Shown here: piece by piece, positions 1-14,758 of the stretch
Layout: each line of letters starts with the position of its first letter
How positions within the stretch are numbered: position 1 is the first letter of the stretch
Assembly (NCBI GenBank): GCA_964016885.1
Contig: OZ024743.1
Location: 124,930,001-124,994,000 of the forward strand
Direction: 5' to 3'
Length of the DNA stretch: 64,000 nucleotides
Source: Eledone cirrhosa
Taxonomy: Eukaryota
Notes under the pieces: generated by a model
What the model saw: only the letters and a program-made list of their open reading frames with translations
The model's database searches: none
Told to the model about the DNA's origin: nothing
Translations under genes and position numbers: made by a program

Positions 1-125
1 TGTAAACGGGCAATATTATTATTATTATTATTCTCTACATTCCTTACATCAAACTAAATATGTTGACAATCTTTTAATAATGTCTTCCTTGTGAAATTTG
101 TGGTCTTGTTTTGCTTAACTAATGA

Positions 126-413
126 ATATATATATACATATATATATACATATATATATACACATATATACACACACACATATATATATATACACATATA
201 TATAGACATATATATACACATATACATACACATGTATATACACATATATATATATACTCATATACATATATATACATATATATATACACATACACATATA
301 TATACATATATATATACACATACATATATACATACACATATACATATATACATACACATATACATATATACATACACATATACATATATATATATACACA
401 TATACATATACAC

Positions 414-450
<37 letters not shown>

Positions 451-488
451 TATATACACATATACATATACATATACATAGATGTATA
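126..488. repeat. (TA)n/(CA)n compound microsatellite
   Basis: Visible dinucleotide repeat; explains the YIYI/HIYI ORFs. Confidence 0.97.
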
Positions 489-489
489 T

Positions 490-1500
490 CATCATCATCA
501 TCATCATCATCGTTTAACGTCTATCTTCCATGCTAGCATGGGTTTAGACGGGAATTGTCCCACTTGAGGCAAGATTGGTCTTGTAACCATGTCTCGCTCA
601 TATAGGACTGTCTGGCAAGTTTTCTATGGCTGGATGCTCTTCCTAACACCAACCACGTTTACAGTGTGGACTGGGAGTTTTTTACCGTTGTGACACCTAC
701 ACGACCTCATTTATTTTGAATTGGATGTTGTGGTACCAACATAACTTTACAGAGAAAGGGTGGTCTTGGTGGGACTTGGGGGTGGAGTAGGGGTAGTGGG
801 ATGGGGATGTATATTTGGTTAAGAGGTGCCTACTGACTGTAGGTTTTGCTTTGCACTTAGGCAAGGCGGGTCTTCTGCGTGGTGCCAAAGATCTCGATCC
901 AGTGACATTGTCTTAGAGAGGTGTAAGTGTGTAAGGTTGGAATTTATCAAATCGTTCCAGGTGATTCTGGGTCTACCTACTCCGTAACTTCCATCAATTT
1001 TGATCGCCCTGCACTTTTTTATACAGCTGTTGTCTTTCATGCGCATCACATGACCATACCAATGTAGTCTTCTCTCGAGTAAACAGCATCTGATCCCTCT
1101 TATTCCTAATTTCTCACTTAGTTCATTTATGCTTTGCCGTTCACGTATACTACTATTACACATCCAACGGAGCATGGATGCTTCGTTCCTTTCCAGTCTG
1201 CACAGGTCCTCTGCACGCAATGCCCATGTCTCACTGCCATGTAGCATTGCTGTTCGTATACAGGCATCATACAATCTGCCTTTCATTTTTAGAGAGAAAC
1301 CTTTTGTGGCCAATAGTAGTATAAGCTCTCTGAACTTCTTCCATCCCGTTCTGACTCTGGCTACTGTACTTTCAGAGCACCCTCCACCACTGCTGATTTT
1401 GTCACCCAGGTAATGGAAAGTGTTCACTATTTCTATAGAACCTTCTGGTCAATAGAAGGAGCTAGTATCCTGTAGGCACTTGCAACTTATTGCACCTGTA
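490..1500 (-). mobile_element. 5'-truncated RTE-clade LINE (post-RT C-terminus, 3'UTR, (GAT)n tail)
   Basis: ORF 819-1427 (FHYLGDKIS...LHGSETW...[10 protein letters not shown]...GRPR) is homologous to the 33.6-36.9 kb element; (CAT)n at 490-510. Confidence 0.93.
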
Positions 1501-1522
1501 TATATATACATATATATGTACA

Positions 1523-1868
1523 TCATCATCATTCATCATCATTTCATTTTACGTCCACTTTTCCCTGCTTGCAAGGGTGGGACGGGAACTGATTCTGGCT
1601 TGATTTCTACAGCTGGATGCCCTTCCTAACACCAACCTCATTTACAGTGAGTACTGGGTGCTTCTTTGCCGTGGCACCTCCACGACCACTTTGCAGTGGA
1701 ATGATAGGGACCCCAGTCCCTATCATCTCATTTCTACAACTGAGTAAACTGGAGCAATGTGAAATAAAGTGTCTTGCTCAAGGAAACAACACATCACCCG
1801 GTCTGAGAATTGAACTCACTACCTTTCGATTGCAAGGCCAATACTCTAACCACTAAGCTATGTGCCTA
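1523..1868 (-). mobile_element. tRNA-headed CORE-SINE with RTE-derived tail
   Basis: A box (TAGCTTAGTGG), B box (GAGTTCAATTC), MIR-core-like CCTTGAGCAAGACACTT...TGTAGAAATGAG; tail shares AGGAAGGGCATCCAGCTGTAGAAA with the RTE 3'UTR; ends in (GAT)n. Confidence 0.9.
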
Positions 1869-2192
1869 CATATATATATATATATATACATATATAAATA
1901 TATATACACATATATATATATACACATATATATATATATACACATATATAAATATACACATATATATATATATATATACACATATATAAATATACACATA
2001 TATATATATATACATATGTAGGAGGTGAGTTTTATTGTAGTACAATAAAGCAATGCAGATATCGGATAAGAAGCACTCTACAGTTTGTAGGACTGGAGTA
2101 TGCATAATATAAGATCAAAAGATGGTTAAATATGTTGATTTAAAACTGCACTATCCACAAGTGTTTTTTAGCCTTCATATCATGTTCTCCTG

Positions 2193-2259
2193 TTTTATCT
2201 GATGAAAACACAAATATTATTGCATGATGATGTTTGTTTTTGAAATGCGCATAATAAAA
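2193..2259 (+). ncRNA. Type I hammerhead ribozyme (degenerate stem II)
   Basis: TTTTAT-CTGATGA-AAACA...TGTTTTT-GAAA-TGCGCA-TA-ATAAAA; stem I 6 bp, palindromic stem III; flanked by a 27-bp inverted repeat. Confidence 0.65.
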
Positions 2260-2299
2260 TACATGGAACTCCTTTAACCATCTTTTGATCTTATATTAT

Positions 2300-2541
2300 A
2301 TATACATATACATATATATATATACATATATATATACACATATATATATACATATTTATATACACATATATATATATATACACATATATAAATATACACA
2401 TATATAAATATACACATATATATATATATACATATATAAATATACACATATATATATATATACATATATATATATACATATATATATATACATATATATA
2501 CATATATATATATACATATATATATACACATATATATATAC

Positions 2542-2572
<31 letters not shown>

Positions 2573-2576
2573 CATA
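2300..2576. repeat. (TA)n microsatellite with CA interruptions
   Basis: Visible. Confidence 0.95.
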
Positions 2577-3197
2577 TAAGAGGGATCAGATGTTGTTTAC
2601 TCGAGAGAAGGCTACGTTGGTATGGACACGTGATGCGCATGAAAGTCGATAGGTGTATAACAAAGTGCAGGGCAATAAAGATAGACGGTAGCCACGGAAT
2701 AGGCAGACCTAGAAAAACCTGGGACGAGCTGATAAACTCCGACCTCACACACTTACACCTCTCCAAGACAATGTCACTGGACCGAGACCTTTGGCGGTAC
2801 TCAGTAACAGAGAAGACCCGCCTTGCCAGTAGGCATCTCTAACAAAATACACCCCGTCCCACCACCCCCACCCCATCCACACCACCCCGTCCTATGTAAA
2901 GTTATGTTGGTGCCGCGCCATCCGGGCCGAAACAAATGAGATCGTGTAGGTGTCACGACAAAAAAACACACAGTCCACGCTGTAATGTGGCCGTGTAGGC
3001 AACACGGTAAAAACCTCCCAGACCCACACTGTAAATGTGGTTGGTGTTAGGAAGGGCATCCAACTGTAGAAAACCTGCCAGACAGTCCTATGCGAGCAAG
3101 ACAATCACTCTTGCCTCAAGTGGGACTACCCCCGTCCAAACCCATGCAAGCGTGGAACACGGACGTTAAACGTTGATGATGATGATGATGATGATGA
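2576..3197 (+). mobile_element. 5'-truncated RTE LINE 3' end
   Basis: [21 protein letters not shown]...GRPRKTW, 3'UTR, (GAT)n; nearly identical to the 30780 and 44962 copies. Confidence 0.92.
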
Positions 3198-3208
3198 TAT
3201 ATATATAC

Positions 3209-3239
<31 letters not shown>

Positions 3240-3252
3240 CATATATATATAC

Positions 3253-3285
<33 letters not shown>

Positions 3286-3532
3286 CATATATATACATAT
3301 ATATACATATATATATATATACATATATATATATACATATATATATACATATATATATATACATATATATATATACATATATATATATACATATATATAT
3401 ATACATATATATATATACATATATATATATATACATATATATATATACATATATATATATATACATATATATATATACATATATATATACACATATATAT
3501 ATACATATATATATATACATATATATATATAC

Positions 3533-3563
<31 letters not shown>

Positions 3564-3609
3564 CATATATATATATACATATATATATATATACATATAT
3601 ACATATACA

Positions 3610-3643
<34 letters not shown>

Positions 3644-3796
3644 CATATATACATATATATATATATACATATATATATATACATATATATATATACATAT
3701 ATATATATACATATATATATATACATATATATATATACATATATATATATACATATATATATATACATATATATATATACATATATATATATATAC

Positions 3797-3827
<31 letters not shown>

Positions 3828-3838
3828 CATTTATATAT

Positions 3839-3879
<41 letters not shown>

Positions 3880-3936
3880 TATAAACATATATACATTTAT
3901 ATATACACATATATACATATAAATATATACATATAT
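3198..3936. repeat. (TA)n microsatellite with CA roughly every 12 bp
   Basis: Visible. Confidence 0.97.
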
Positions 3937-3939
3937 TGT

Positions 3940-4279
3940 GAAGGCGCATGGCTTAGTGGTTAGAGCATTGGCCTTGCAATCGAAAGGTTGTGAGTTCAAT
4001 TCTCGGATGGACCGGGTGATTTGTTGTTTCCTTGAGCAAGACACTTTATTTCACATTGCTCCAGTTCACTCAGCTGTAGAAATGAGATATATAGGGACCC
4101 CAGTCCCTATCATTCCACTGCAAAGTGGTCGTGGAGGTGCCACAGCAAAAAAGCACCCAGCACTCACTGTAAATGAGGTTGGTGTTAGGAAGGGCATCCA
4201 GCTGTAGAAATCAAGACAAGGACAACCCGTCTAACCCATGCTAGCATGGAAGAACGGACGTAAAACGGTGATGATGATG
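3940..4279 (+). mobile_element. CORE-SINE with alternative tail matching the LINE terminus
   Basis: Same tRNA head and CORE; terminal CTAACCCATGCTAGCATGGAAGAACGGACGTAAAACGGTGATG matches the 3' end of the 33.6 kb LINE. Confidence 0.88.
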
Positions 4280-4491
4280 ATATATATATACGCATATACT
4301 TATATATATATATATATCATCATTTTATGTCTGCTTTTCCCTGCTTGCACACACACATATATATATATATATATATACACATATATGTATGTATTTGTAT
4401 ATATGTATACATATATATGTATGTGTATATATATATTTATACATATATATACATATGTATTCTTTTAGCGTTGTCTGAAATGTATAGCCTT

Positions 4492-4574
4492 ACACACGCT
4501 GATGAACCATGGGCTAATCATTTCTGTCAACAACTTATTTGACGAAACAGATCTCTTTGGATGTGTACGTGTGT
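4492..4574 (+). ncRNA. Type I hammerhead ribozyme with 20-nt insertion before stem II
   Basis: ACACACG-CTGATGA-[20 nt]-GTCAA..TTGAC-GAAA-CAGATCT CTTT GGATGTG-TA-CGTGTGT; stems I, II and III all pair. Confidence 0.65.
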
Positions 4575-4936
4575 GTTAGATAGTTATCGAGGTATGTATT
4601 TATACTTTAATTTATACTTTTAATTATCGTGTGTCTACTGTGCCTTCCATGGGTTATAGATTCCATACACTGGTGGTTTTTCCCTGTTTGATGGTGCACT
4701 ATCTCTCTCTCTAGTGTGTTACCTTTTCAACATATTGTATTATAAAGAGCTCAGGATTCCTTCTCCTTTGAGTATATTACGGACAGGGAATAGCGAGAGT
4801 CTATGGCTCCGTTAATTTATCGTGATATGTATACATATATATGTATACATATATATGTATGTATACATATATATGTATACATATATATATATACATACAT
4901 ATACATATATAGAAATACATACATGTGTATATATAT

Positions 4937-5282
4937 CATCATCATCATCATCATTTCATTTTACGTCCGCTTTTCCCTGCTTGCAAGGGTGGGACAGGAA
5001 CTGATTTTGGCTTGATTTCTACAGCTGGATGCCCTTCCTAACACCAACCTCATTTACAGTGAGTGCTGGGTGCTTTTTTGCCGTGGCACCTCCACGACCA
5101 CTTTGCAGTGGAATGATAGGGACCCCAGACCCTATCATCTCATTTCTACAGCTGAGTAAACTGGAGCAATGTGAAATAAAGTGTCTTGCTCAAGGAAACA
5201 ACACATCACCCAGTCTGAGAATTGAACTCACAACCTTTCGATTGCAAGGCCAATGCTCTAACCACTAAGCCATGTGCCTCCA
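4937..5282 (-). mobile_element. CORE-SINE
   Basis: Near-identical to 1523-1868. Confidence 0.92.
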
Positions 5283-5446
5283 TATATATATGTATATAAA
5301 TATACATATGTATATAAATATATACATATATACAAATGTACATATATACATATGTATATAAATATACATATATATATATATAGACATACATGTACATATA
5401 TTTATACATATATACAAATACATACATATACATAAATATATACATA

Positions 5447-5791
5447 TCATCATCATTCATCATTTCATTTTACGTCCACTTTTCCCTGCTTGCAAGGGTG
5501 GGACAGGAACTGATTCTGGCTTGATTTCTACAGCTGGATGCCCTTCCTAACACCAACCTCATTTACAGTGAGTGCTGGGTGCTTTTTTGCCGTGGCACCT
5601 CCACGACCACTTTGCAATGGAATGATAGGGACCCCAGACCCTATCATCTCATTTCTACAGCTGAGTAAACTGGAGCAATGTGAAATAAAGTGTCTTGCTC
5701 AAGGAAACAACACATCACCCAGTCTGAGAATTGAACTCACAACCTTTCGATTGCAAGGCCAATGCTCTAACCACTAAGCCATGTGCCTCCA
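5447..5791 (-). mobile_element. CORE-SINE
   Basis: Near-identical to 4937-5282. Confidence 0.92.
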
Positions 5792-6115
5792 TATATATAT
5801 ATGCATTTGTACAGCATGCTGGATCGGCAACAGCATGTGGAATTTCATAAATATCGTTTCTTTGAATTGAAGAATTACTCCTCTGACGAATTTGTGGATT
5901 CTTCAAATATCGGTCTTTTCCAATAATTAATTCCTCTCCAAATGAATCCACGGTAAGTGAGATTGACTAAAATTTTTTTGGTCTGTCTGGCTTATGCTGC
6001 CATAAATAGAGTTTTTCCCCTTAAATTTACTATGCTATATATATATATATACATATATATATTCTCAAGAACCAGCAAGCAGGTGTTTTAACAAGAAAAT
6101 ACAATTTAACCTAAT

Positions 6116-6171
6116 AACAAATGTTTTGATAATCCCACATGGAGAAAGCGAGCTTTGCTAAACATCTTGTT
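6116..6171 (+). ncRNA. Type I hammerhead ribozyme, U3:A8 core variant
   Basis: AACAAATGTT-TTGATAA-TCC CACAT GGA-GAAA-GC GAGCTTT GC-TA-AACAT(C)TTGTT. Confidence 0.7.
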
Positions 6172-6256
6172 TTAATTATGATTTTCCTTATATATATATA
6201 TATATATTATACACACACATATATATACAATATCTACATATATATATATATATATA

Positions 6257-6410
6257 TTCTCAGACCGGGTGATGTGTTGTTTCCTTAAGCAAGACACTTT
6301 ATTTCACATTGCTCCAGTTTACTCAGCTGTAGAAATCAAGCCAGAATCAGTTCCCATCCCACCCTTGCAAGCAGGGAAAGCGGACGTAAAATGATGATGA
6401 TGATGATGAT
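6257..6410 (+). mobile_element. Partial CORE-SINE with internal deletion
   Basis: CORE joined directly to the tail; the deletion lies between the two CAGCTGTAGAAAT repeats. Confidence 0.85.
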
Positions 6411-7174
6411 ACATACACACACACACATATATATATATACATATACATATATATATATATATATATATACATAAATATATATATACATAAATATATATCT
6501 ATATATATATATTTGCATATACATATTGGGATGATGTGATAAAACCTGACCTTCCTCATTTGCAATTCAGGACCGGGATCTCTGGTGTTATGCAGTAATA
6601 GATGACCTGCTTACCCATCGGCACAGGCTGAAGCACATACATATATATAGTTTGCACCATCGCATACAACTTTCATGAGGACAGTATACATCAAAAGAAG
6701 CCTCCAGCCCATACTCTAAATTGGTCCTTATGGTGACACAACAAAGAGCACTCAGTACTCAAATGTGGTTCCCATCAGGAAGGGCATCCCGCCATAGAAA
6801 CCATGAACAAGACACAAACAGGACAACTCGTCTATCATGGTAGCCTGTGAAATTGGGCATTAAGCGGTGATGGTGATATATATATATATACTATCATCAT
6901 CGTTTAACATCCATTTTCCACGCTAGCATGGGTTAGACAGACCGTCCCATTCGAGGTAAGTTGGGTCAGCCAACCATGTTTTACTCATGCAATCTACATA
7001 TAGTGCCAACCACATTTACAGTGTGTGTATGTGTATGTATATATATATATATATCCTGTGTTTGTTTATTTGTCCTATTAAACTATATATGGTTAGTGTT
7101 ATTGCTGTTGACACATTGACACAGTTGTTGCAATCCTCATTTGTTGTGCTCATAGCTTTTGGCAGCAGTATATA

Positions 7175-7490
7175 TAGTGGTTAGAGCATTGGCCTTGCAA
7201 TCGAAAGGTTGTGAGTTCAATTCTCAGACCAGGTGACGTGTTGTTTCCTTGAGCAAGACATTTTATTTCAAATTGCTCCAGTTTACTCAGCTGCAGAAAT
7301 GAGATGATAGGGACTGGGGTCCCTATCATTCCACTGCAAAGTGGTCGTGGAGGTGCCATGGCAAAAAAGCACCCAGCACTCACTGTAAATGAGGTTGGTG
7401 TTAGGAAGGGCATCCAGCTGTAGAAATCAAGCAAGAATCAGTTCCCGTCCCACCCTTGCAAGCAGGGAAAAGTCGACGTAAAATGATGAT
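7175..7490 (+). mobile_element. CORE-SINE (few bases of head missing)
   Basis: Matches the family. Confidence 0.9.
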
Positions 7491-7499
7491 ATATGATAG

Positions 7500-7978
7500 T
7501 CGCAAACTCTGCTAAGAGTACTGCAATTGCTTGGAGGATTATAGAGTTTGGTGCACTTTTAGGCTACGGCCAGTCACACAAATCTGTAACATATCCTGAA
7601 CAAGCAATGCCTGTGCTTTGAATGTTTCTTAAGTGGGGGAAAGGCCTTGCACTTGACCAATCCCACTCTCTGAGCATTGAAAACACTACCCAAAAAGGAG
7701 AACTGGTCAACATTCAACAGATGCTTCCGAAGCCGCAGGTTTTATTTCAGAGTTCCTCTCTCGTAGAAAGGTGTTGTGACAACAGGGGCCCTTTCACTCC
7801 CAGGTGTAAAAAAAAAAAAGTACTATTTGAATGACCGTTTACTGAGTTCCTCCGCCCTTTGCCGGGTCTTGTATTTCAACAAGCTTGGTGGGGTTGCCAG
7901 CTTAGTCGCCGATGACCTGACCATGAGACAGGTTGTACTGGGTTACATATTACCAGTAGCTCTCAAGAGCGACCTGAC
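7500..7978 (-). mobile_element. Probable 5'UTR remnant of an RTE-type LINE with a structured 5' end
   Basis: 7840-7978 is homologous to 32275-32457; GC-richer non-coding leader. Family assignment is inference. Confidence 0.4.
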
Positions 7979-8007
7979 AATATACATACATATATATAAA
8001 CATATAT

Positions 8008-8770
8008 TATCATCACTGTTTAACATCTATTTTTCATGCCAGCATGGTTTGGATAGGTTGTCCCATTTGAGGCAAGTCAGGTCGGATGACCATGTCTTGT
8101 TCATACAGAACTGTTTCTGGCTTGGTTTCTATTGCTGGATGCCCTTCTAGCCCCAACCACATTTACAGTGACTACTGGGTGCTTTTTGTCGTGACACTTA
8201 CGCGACCACTTTACAGTGTGGGCTGGGCACTTTTAGTCATGGCACTAAAACGACCACATTACTGTACCAACTGGGGCGGGTTGGTGTAAAGGTGTGGGTG
8301 AAGCATGGGATGATTAGGCTGTAGGTGGAGTGTTACGGCGTGGGAGGTTTATGGAAGATAGATCTTCTGTATTATGGTATAACACCAAAGATCTCGACCC
8401 TGTGTCATCATCTTTGAGAAGTCCTATTGTGCAAGGTCATCTCATCCCAGGTCTTCCTACTCCATAGCTTCCATCAACTTTGATTGTCCTGCACCTTTTT
8501 ATACAGGTGTCATCCTTCATACACATCACATGGCCACACCAACGCAATTCCTTCTCTTGCACACTGATCCTTCTTATGCCTGGTTTCTCTCTCAGTTCAT
8601 TTACATTTTTCCGTTTATGTATATTACTACTACACATCCATCGAAGCAAGCAGGCTTCGTTTCTTTCCAATCTTCACATGTCCTCTACACACCGCTCCCA
8701 GGTCTCACCGCCATGCAATTTTCTTGTTCGTATACATGCATCATACAATCTGACCTTCATTTACAGGGAA
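8008..8770 (-). mobile_element. Degenerate RTE LINE 3' fragment
   Basis: ERNEACLLRWMC...WCGHVM...GRP plus homologous 3'UTR. Confidence 0.85.
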
Positions 8771-8959
8771 AAAGTATATATATACATATATGTTGGTGTA
8801 AGGTGGATGTATTGGAGACAACAAAAAGCATCCTGTCCACACTGAAATCAACCGAATATAGTATAATGAGTCGTAAGCACCCCTACATGTGTACCATAAA
8901 GTATTACCTATATGATATTGGACACCCTAGCCCACTCAAGTAAAGAGGTATTCTTAACA

Positions 8960-10215
8960 GGGACATAGCCAAATGTTGGGGTTTATCAGGAATTTTTCAG
9001 AGGAATTTGTCAGGGGAGTTTTTGAATTTTATGGGATCTACTTTTTAGTATGATATTAAAGAGAGCACAGCCAGTTGAGGTGAAATAGTTGTATTGTTTT
9101 GATGTTATGTGATGTGATTTTTGTAAAGGGCAGGCATATAGCACTAGGTGGATTTTAAGGTTGATACCAACATCATTTTGGTAATGTTGAAGGAATATTT
9201 TCCACATCATACAAATGATGTAGCACTCACAGCAGCGTTCATGAGGATAGAGCTTGAGTTTTTCTTGTCAACCCCAATAGTCAACGCTTGTCATCCTATC
9301 TACCTTTGTAATTGAGCTGAGTGCTTCCATTTCCATAATAAATTGTTTAGTGTGAGGAACCACTGTTGGGGCAATACTATTCAATGTGGAGCTGAGCAAA
9401 GGTAGAGAAGAAAAGTATAATAATGTAAATATCTCTAGACATGAAAATTCTAAGAATCCAGGAGCACATCTCACAAGTCATGTCAATGTTGTTGTTTATG
9501 TGGGTACTCCAGCTTAAATTATCGACAGTTAATCCAAGGTTTCTAGCATTGTTGGATGCCACAAGGGTTTCGCCCAAGAGAAAAGATTATGGTAATCTAA
9601 CTGTAACTGTTTTTCAAAAGTGGACTAACTAAAATTTATCTTCATTTAGTAGCATATTATTTTATTTCTTCCCAAAGAATAACAGCAAGCAGATCCAATT
9701 GAAAACATGTCCGTTGATTACCTTCTGGACGTTGGAATCATCTGCACAGATTCTTATTTTGCTGTGGTTGATTATGTCTATGATGTCATTGATGTAAAGA
9801 GGAAGAAGCCCAACATAGTGCCTTGTGGAATAACACTAATGACTTTTGCTGAGCATGATCATACTCCTTCAATCATAACATGCTGGGTTCTGTTCAGCAG
9901 GAAACACTCAATCTAATGTAATAGATCACCAGATTCCAATGCTGGATAATTTCAAGAGAATGCTGTGATCAACCCTGTCAAAGGACTTGCTAAAGTCAAG
10001 GTATATATTGTGTTGGAGCCCACTCCCAAAGCCTTTAGAATGTCAACAAAATGATACAGAAGCTGCGTTAAGCAGTTTCTGCTACCGAGGAAACCATGCT
10101 GATTGAAATTCAGGTGGTTGTTGCTTTTGAGGAAGTGAGTTATTCATTATCTCACCACCCTCTCAAATAACTCGATGATATGAGAGAAGAAATCGGACGG
10201 TAATTCATTGCAATG
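8960..10215 (-). pseudogene. CR1-clade LINE reverse transcriptase remnant
   Basis: Minus strand reads QHGF, IYLDFSKSFDRVDHS, IPQGTMLG, ARNLGLTVDNLSWSTHI; many stops and frameshifts. Confidence 0.85.
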
Positions 10216-10264
10216 AGGTTGTTTATGTGTGTGTGTGTGTATATATAGAGAGAGAAATAGCCGT

Positions 10265-10293
10265 CGAAACGGCTTGAGCTCTGCCGTCGGGGT
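10265..10293 (+). ncRNA. 3' half of a hammerhead ribozyme
   Basis: C-GAAA-CGGC TTGAGCTCT GCCG-TC-GGGGT (stem III plus GUC); CTGANGA is lost. Confidence 0.45.
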
Positions 10294-10439
10294 CATACTT
10301 TTTCATATATATATATGTGTACAATATATATATATATATAATATATACATATATATATATTTATGCATACATATATATATATATATATATATGTAAATAT
10401 GTTTATATGTATGTGTGTTTGTTATATATATAGCGAAAG

Positions 10440-10524
<85 letters not shown>

Positions 10525-11346
10525 TATACATATATATACAAACACACAAACTCGCGCGCGCGCATTAGATGTTCGGCATATGTATTTGTGTGTATCAGAT
10601 AGGTAATATGTTTATTTTGAAATTGTTTAGAGAATGTAACGTAGACATTAATATATCAACATATATCTTCTACATAGGTTAGCTAAAATAGATCGTCTGC
10701 CATATTTATCGAAATCTGTTTTAATTCCTTCTCCATCGTTTCAATACACCATAGCAGCAACAACACAACATAGTTGTTCACCGTTTTCTATTCTGTAGTG
10801 GAGTGCTTTCGACAAATTCCAACCGATTCAAACGGAAAGAAAAAGACACACTGTCATCTTTAATTGCCTGAAATATCAAAATTTCCAAATGTTATTAAGC
10901 TGTTGTTGGCCTTAGAAATCGTTGAAAATCGTATCATTGGAATAGCAAGCTAATATGCAGAGGAAACTATTTTCCAATAATTGTGAGGAGGGAAAAGCAA
11001 GAAAAAAAAACTGAGAACCTTGCTGCATTGAATCTTCACTATTAGTGCGGATGTCAACTGCAAGTATTTGGAGTAGATAGATCCCTCATAGATTTGATAG
11101 AGTAGTTTAACAGCTAATAGTTTCAAATGGACTGTGATATTTATCAGCATTGTCGTTTAGGTTATTTTCTTCGTTATTGTCATTGCAAACGTTGTTATTT
11201 TTATGAGTAATCATCCATTAAAAAAAAAAAATTAGAAATAAAATCATGGTTTGCAAGCGCTCTCTTTCCCCACTCCGTAAGCTAACACACAATTTCTTCT
11301 TCCTCCTCCTTTTTCTCGTCATCGTAGTCCTCCTCCATATCCTTAC

Positions 11347-11574
11347 CTTCCCCCACCTTAGTTCCCGCCACCGCCAACCTTTTCAATGAATTCCAAGCAA
11401 CACAGTAGTAAGACAGTTTGTTTACAGTCAGTCGTGGTCAGCCGTAGAAGGAATGAAAATGGGGGAGGGTTTGAATGGAAAGAGGTTGATGATGATGTCG
11501 ATGATAATGATAATGACGATGTAGAAGAACAGTTAAACGAGAGCACATCATTAAATTGCAATATTTTTCCTATT
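11347..11574 (-). other. Putative non-coding internal exon (228 nt)
   Basis: Pyrimidine tract plus TTTCAG acceptor at 11575; GAAG|GTAAGG donor at 11346; no clean through frame. Confidence 0.35.
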
Positions 11575-11954
11575 CTGAAACAAGCAACACAGAAACAGAG
11601 GTACAATCTTTACCCCCATAACTCTCCTAAAAAAAGTATCCGTTGAACAGGTGTCTGAATATTAACGGAATGAATAACGAGTAAGTGTGGCGATCAGAAA
11701 TGTATGAAGAGGTTCGTCGTCGCCCGTCCTTCGTCAGCAATCCTCCGACAGAAAAACACTGGCTTCATCATGACAACATACTACAAACCAAATATTCATT
11801 AATATGACTCACACCAACTAGCATCAGAATCCAAAATAAACAGAAAATATCTTAAATATCAGAAGCCTTCATCTTACCTATTACAAATAGAAAAATAAAT
11901 AACAATAACGATCAAAATATATAATTCATTTACAATCACAACCTAAAATAAGTA

Positions 11955-14505
<2,551 letters not shown>

Positions 14506-14720
14506 TCTATCTATCTATGCGTGTATGTATTGCATGTAGATATATGTACATGTATATTGGTACCAGTTTCTGAGGAGGAGGAATTTCAATAGCATGATCT
14601 GAATATATTGTGCAATACCAGAAACATGGCATTGTGTGTGTCAAAATATTCAACAATGATCACTTTGTAAAGCTTCAACATTAACTCTATTTAGCGTATA
14701 TAAGCGTGAGTGGGATCGTG

Positions 14721-14758
<38 letters not shown>

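Noticed and set aside
1617-1856. Recurring 79-aa ORF MPFLTPTSFT...
   Set aside because: Antisense reading of the SINE; it recurs only because the SINE does
1795-1868. tRNA gene-like heads of SINEs
   Set aside because: A/B boxes are present, but the anticodon and acceptor stems do not pair and the CORE domain follows directly
5883-5910. CTGACGA followed by an ATTTG/CAAAT stem
   Set aside because: No GAAA or stem III, so not a hammerhead
11700-11780. WLHHDN mariner-like peptide
   Set aside because: Too short; no other transposase motifs or TIRs
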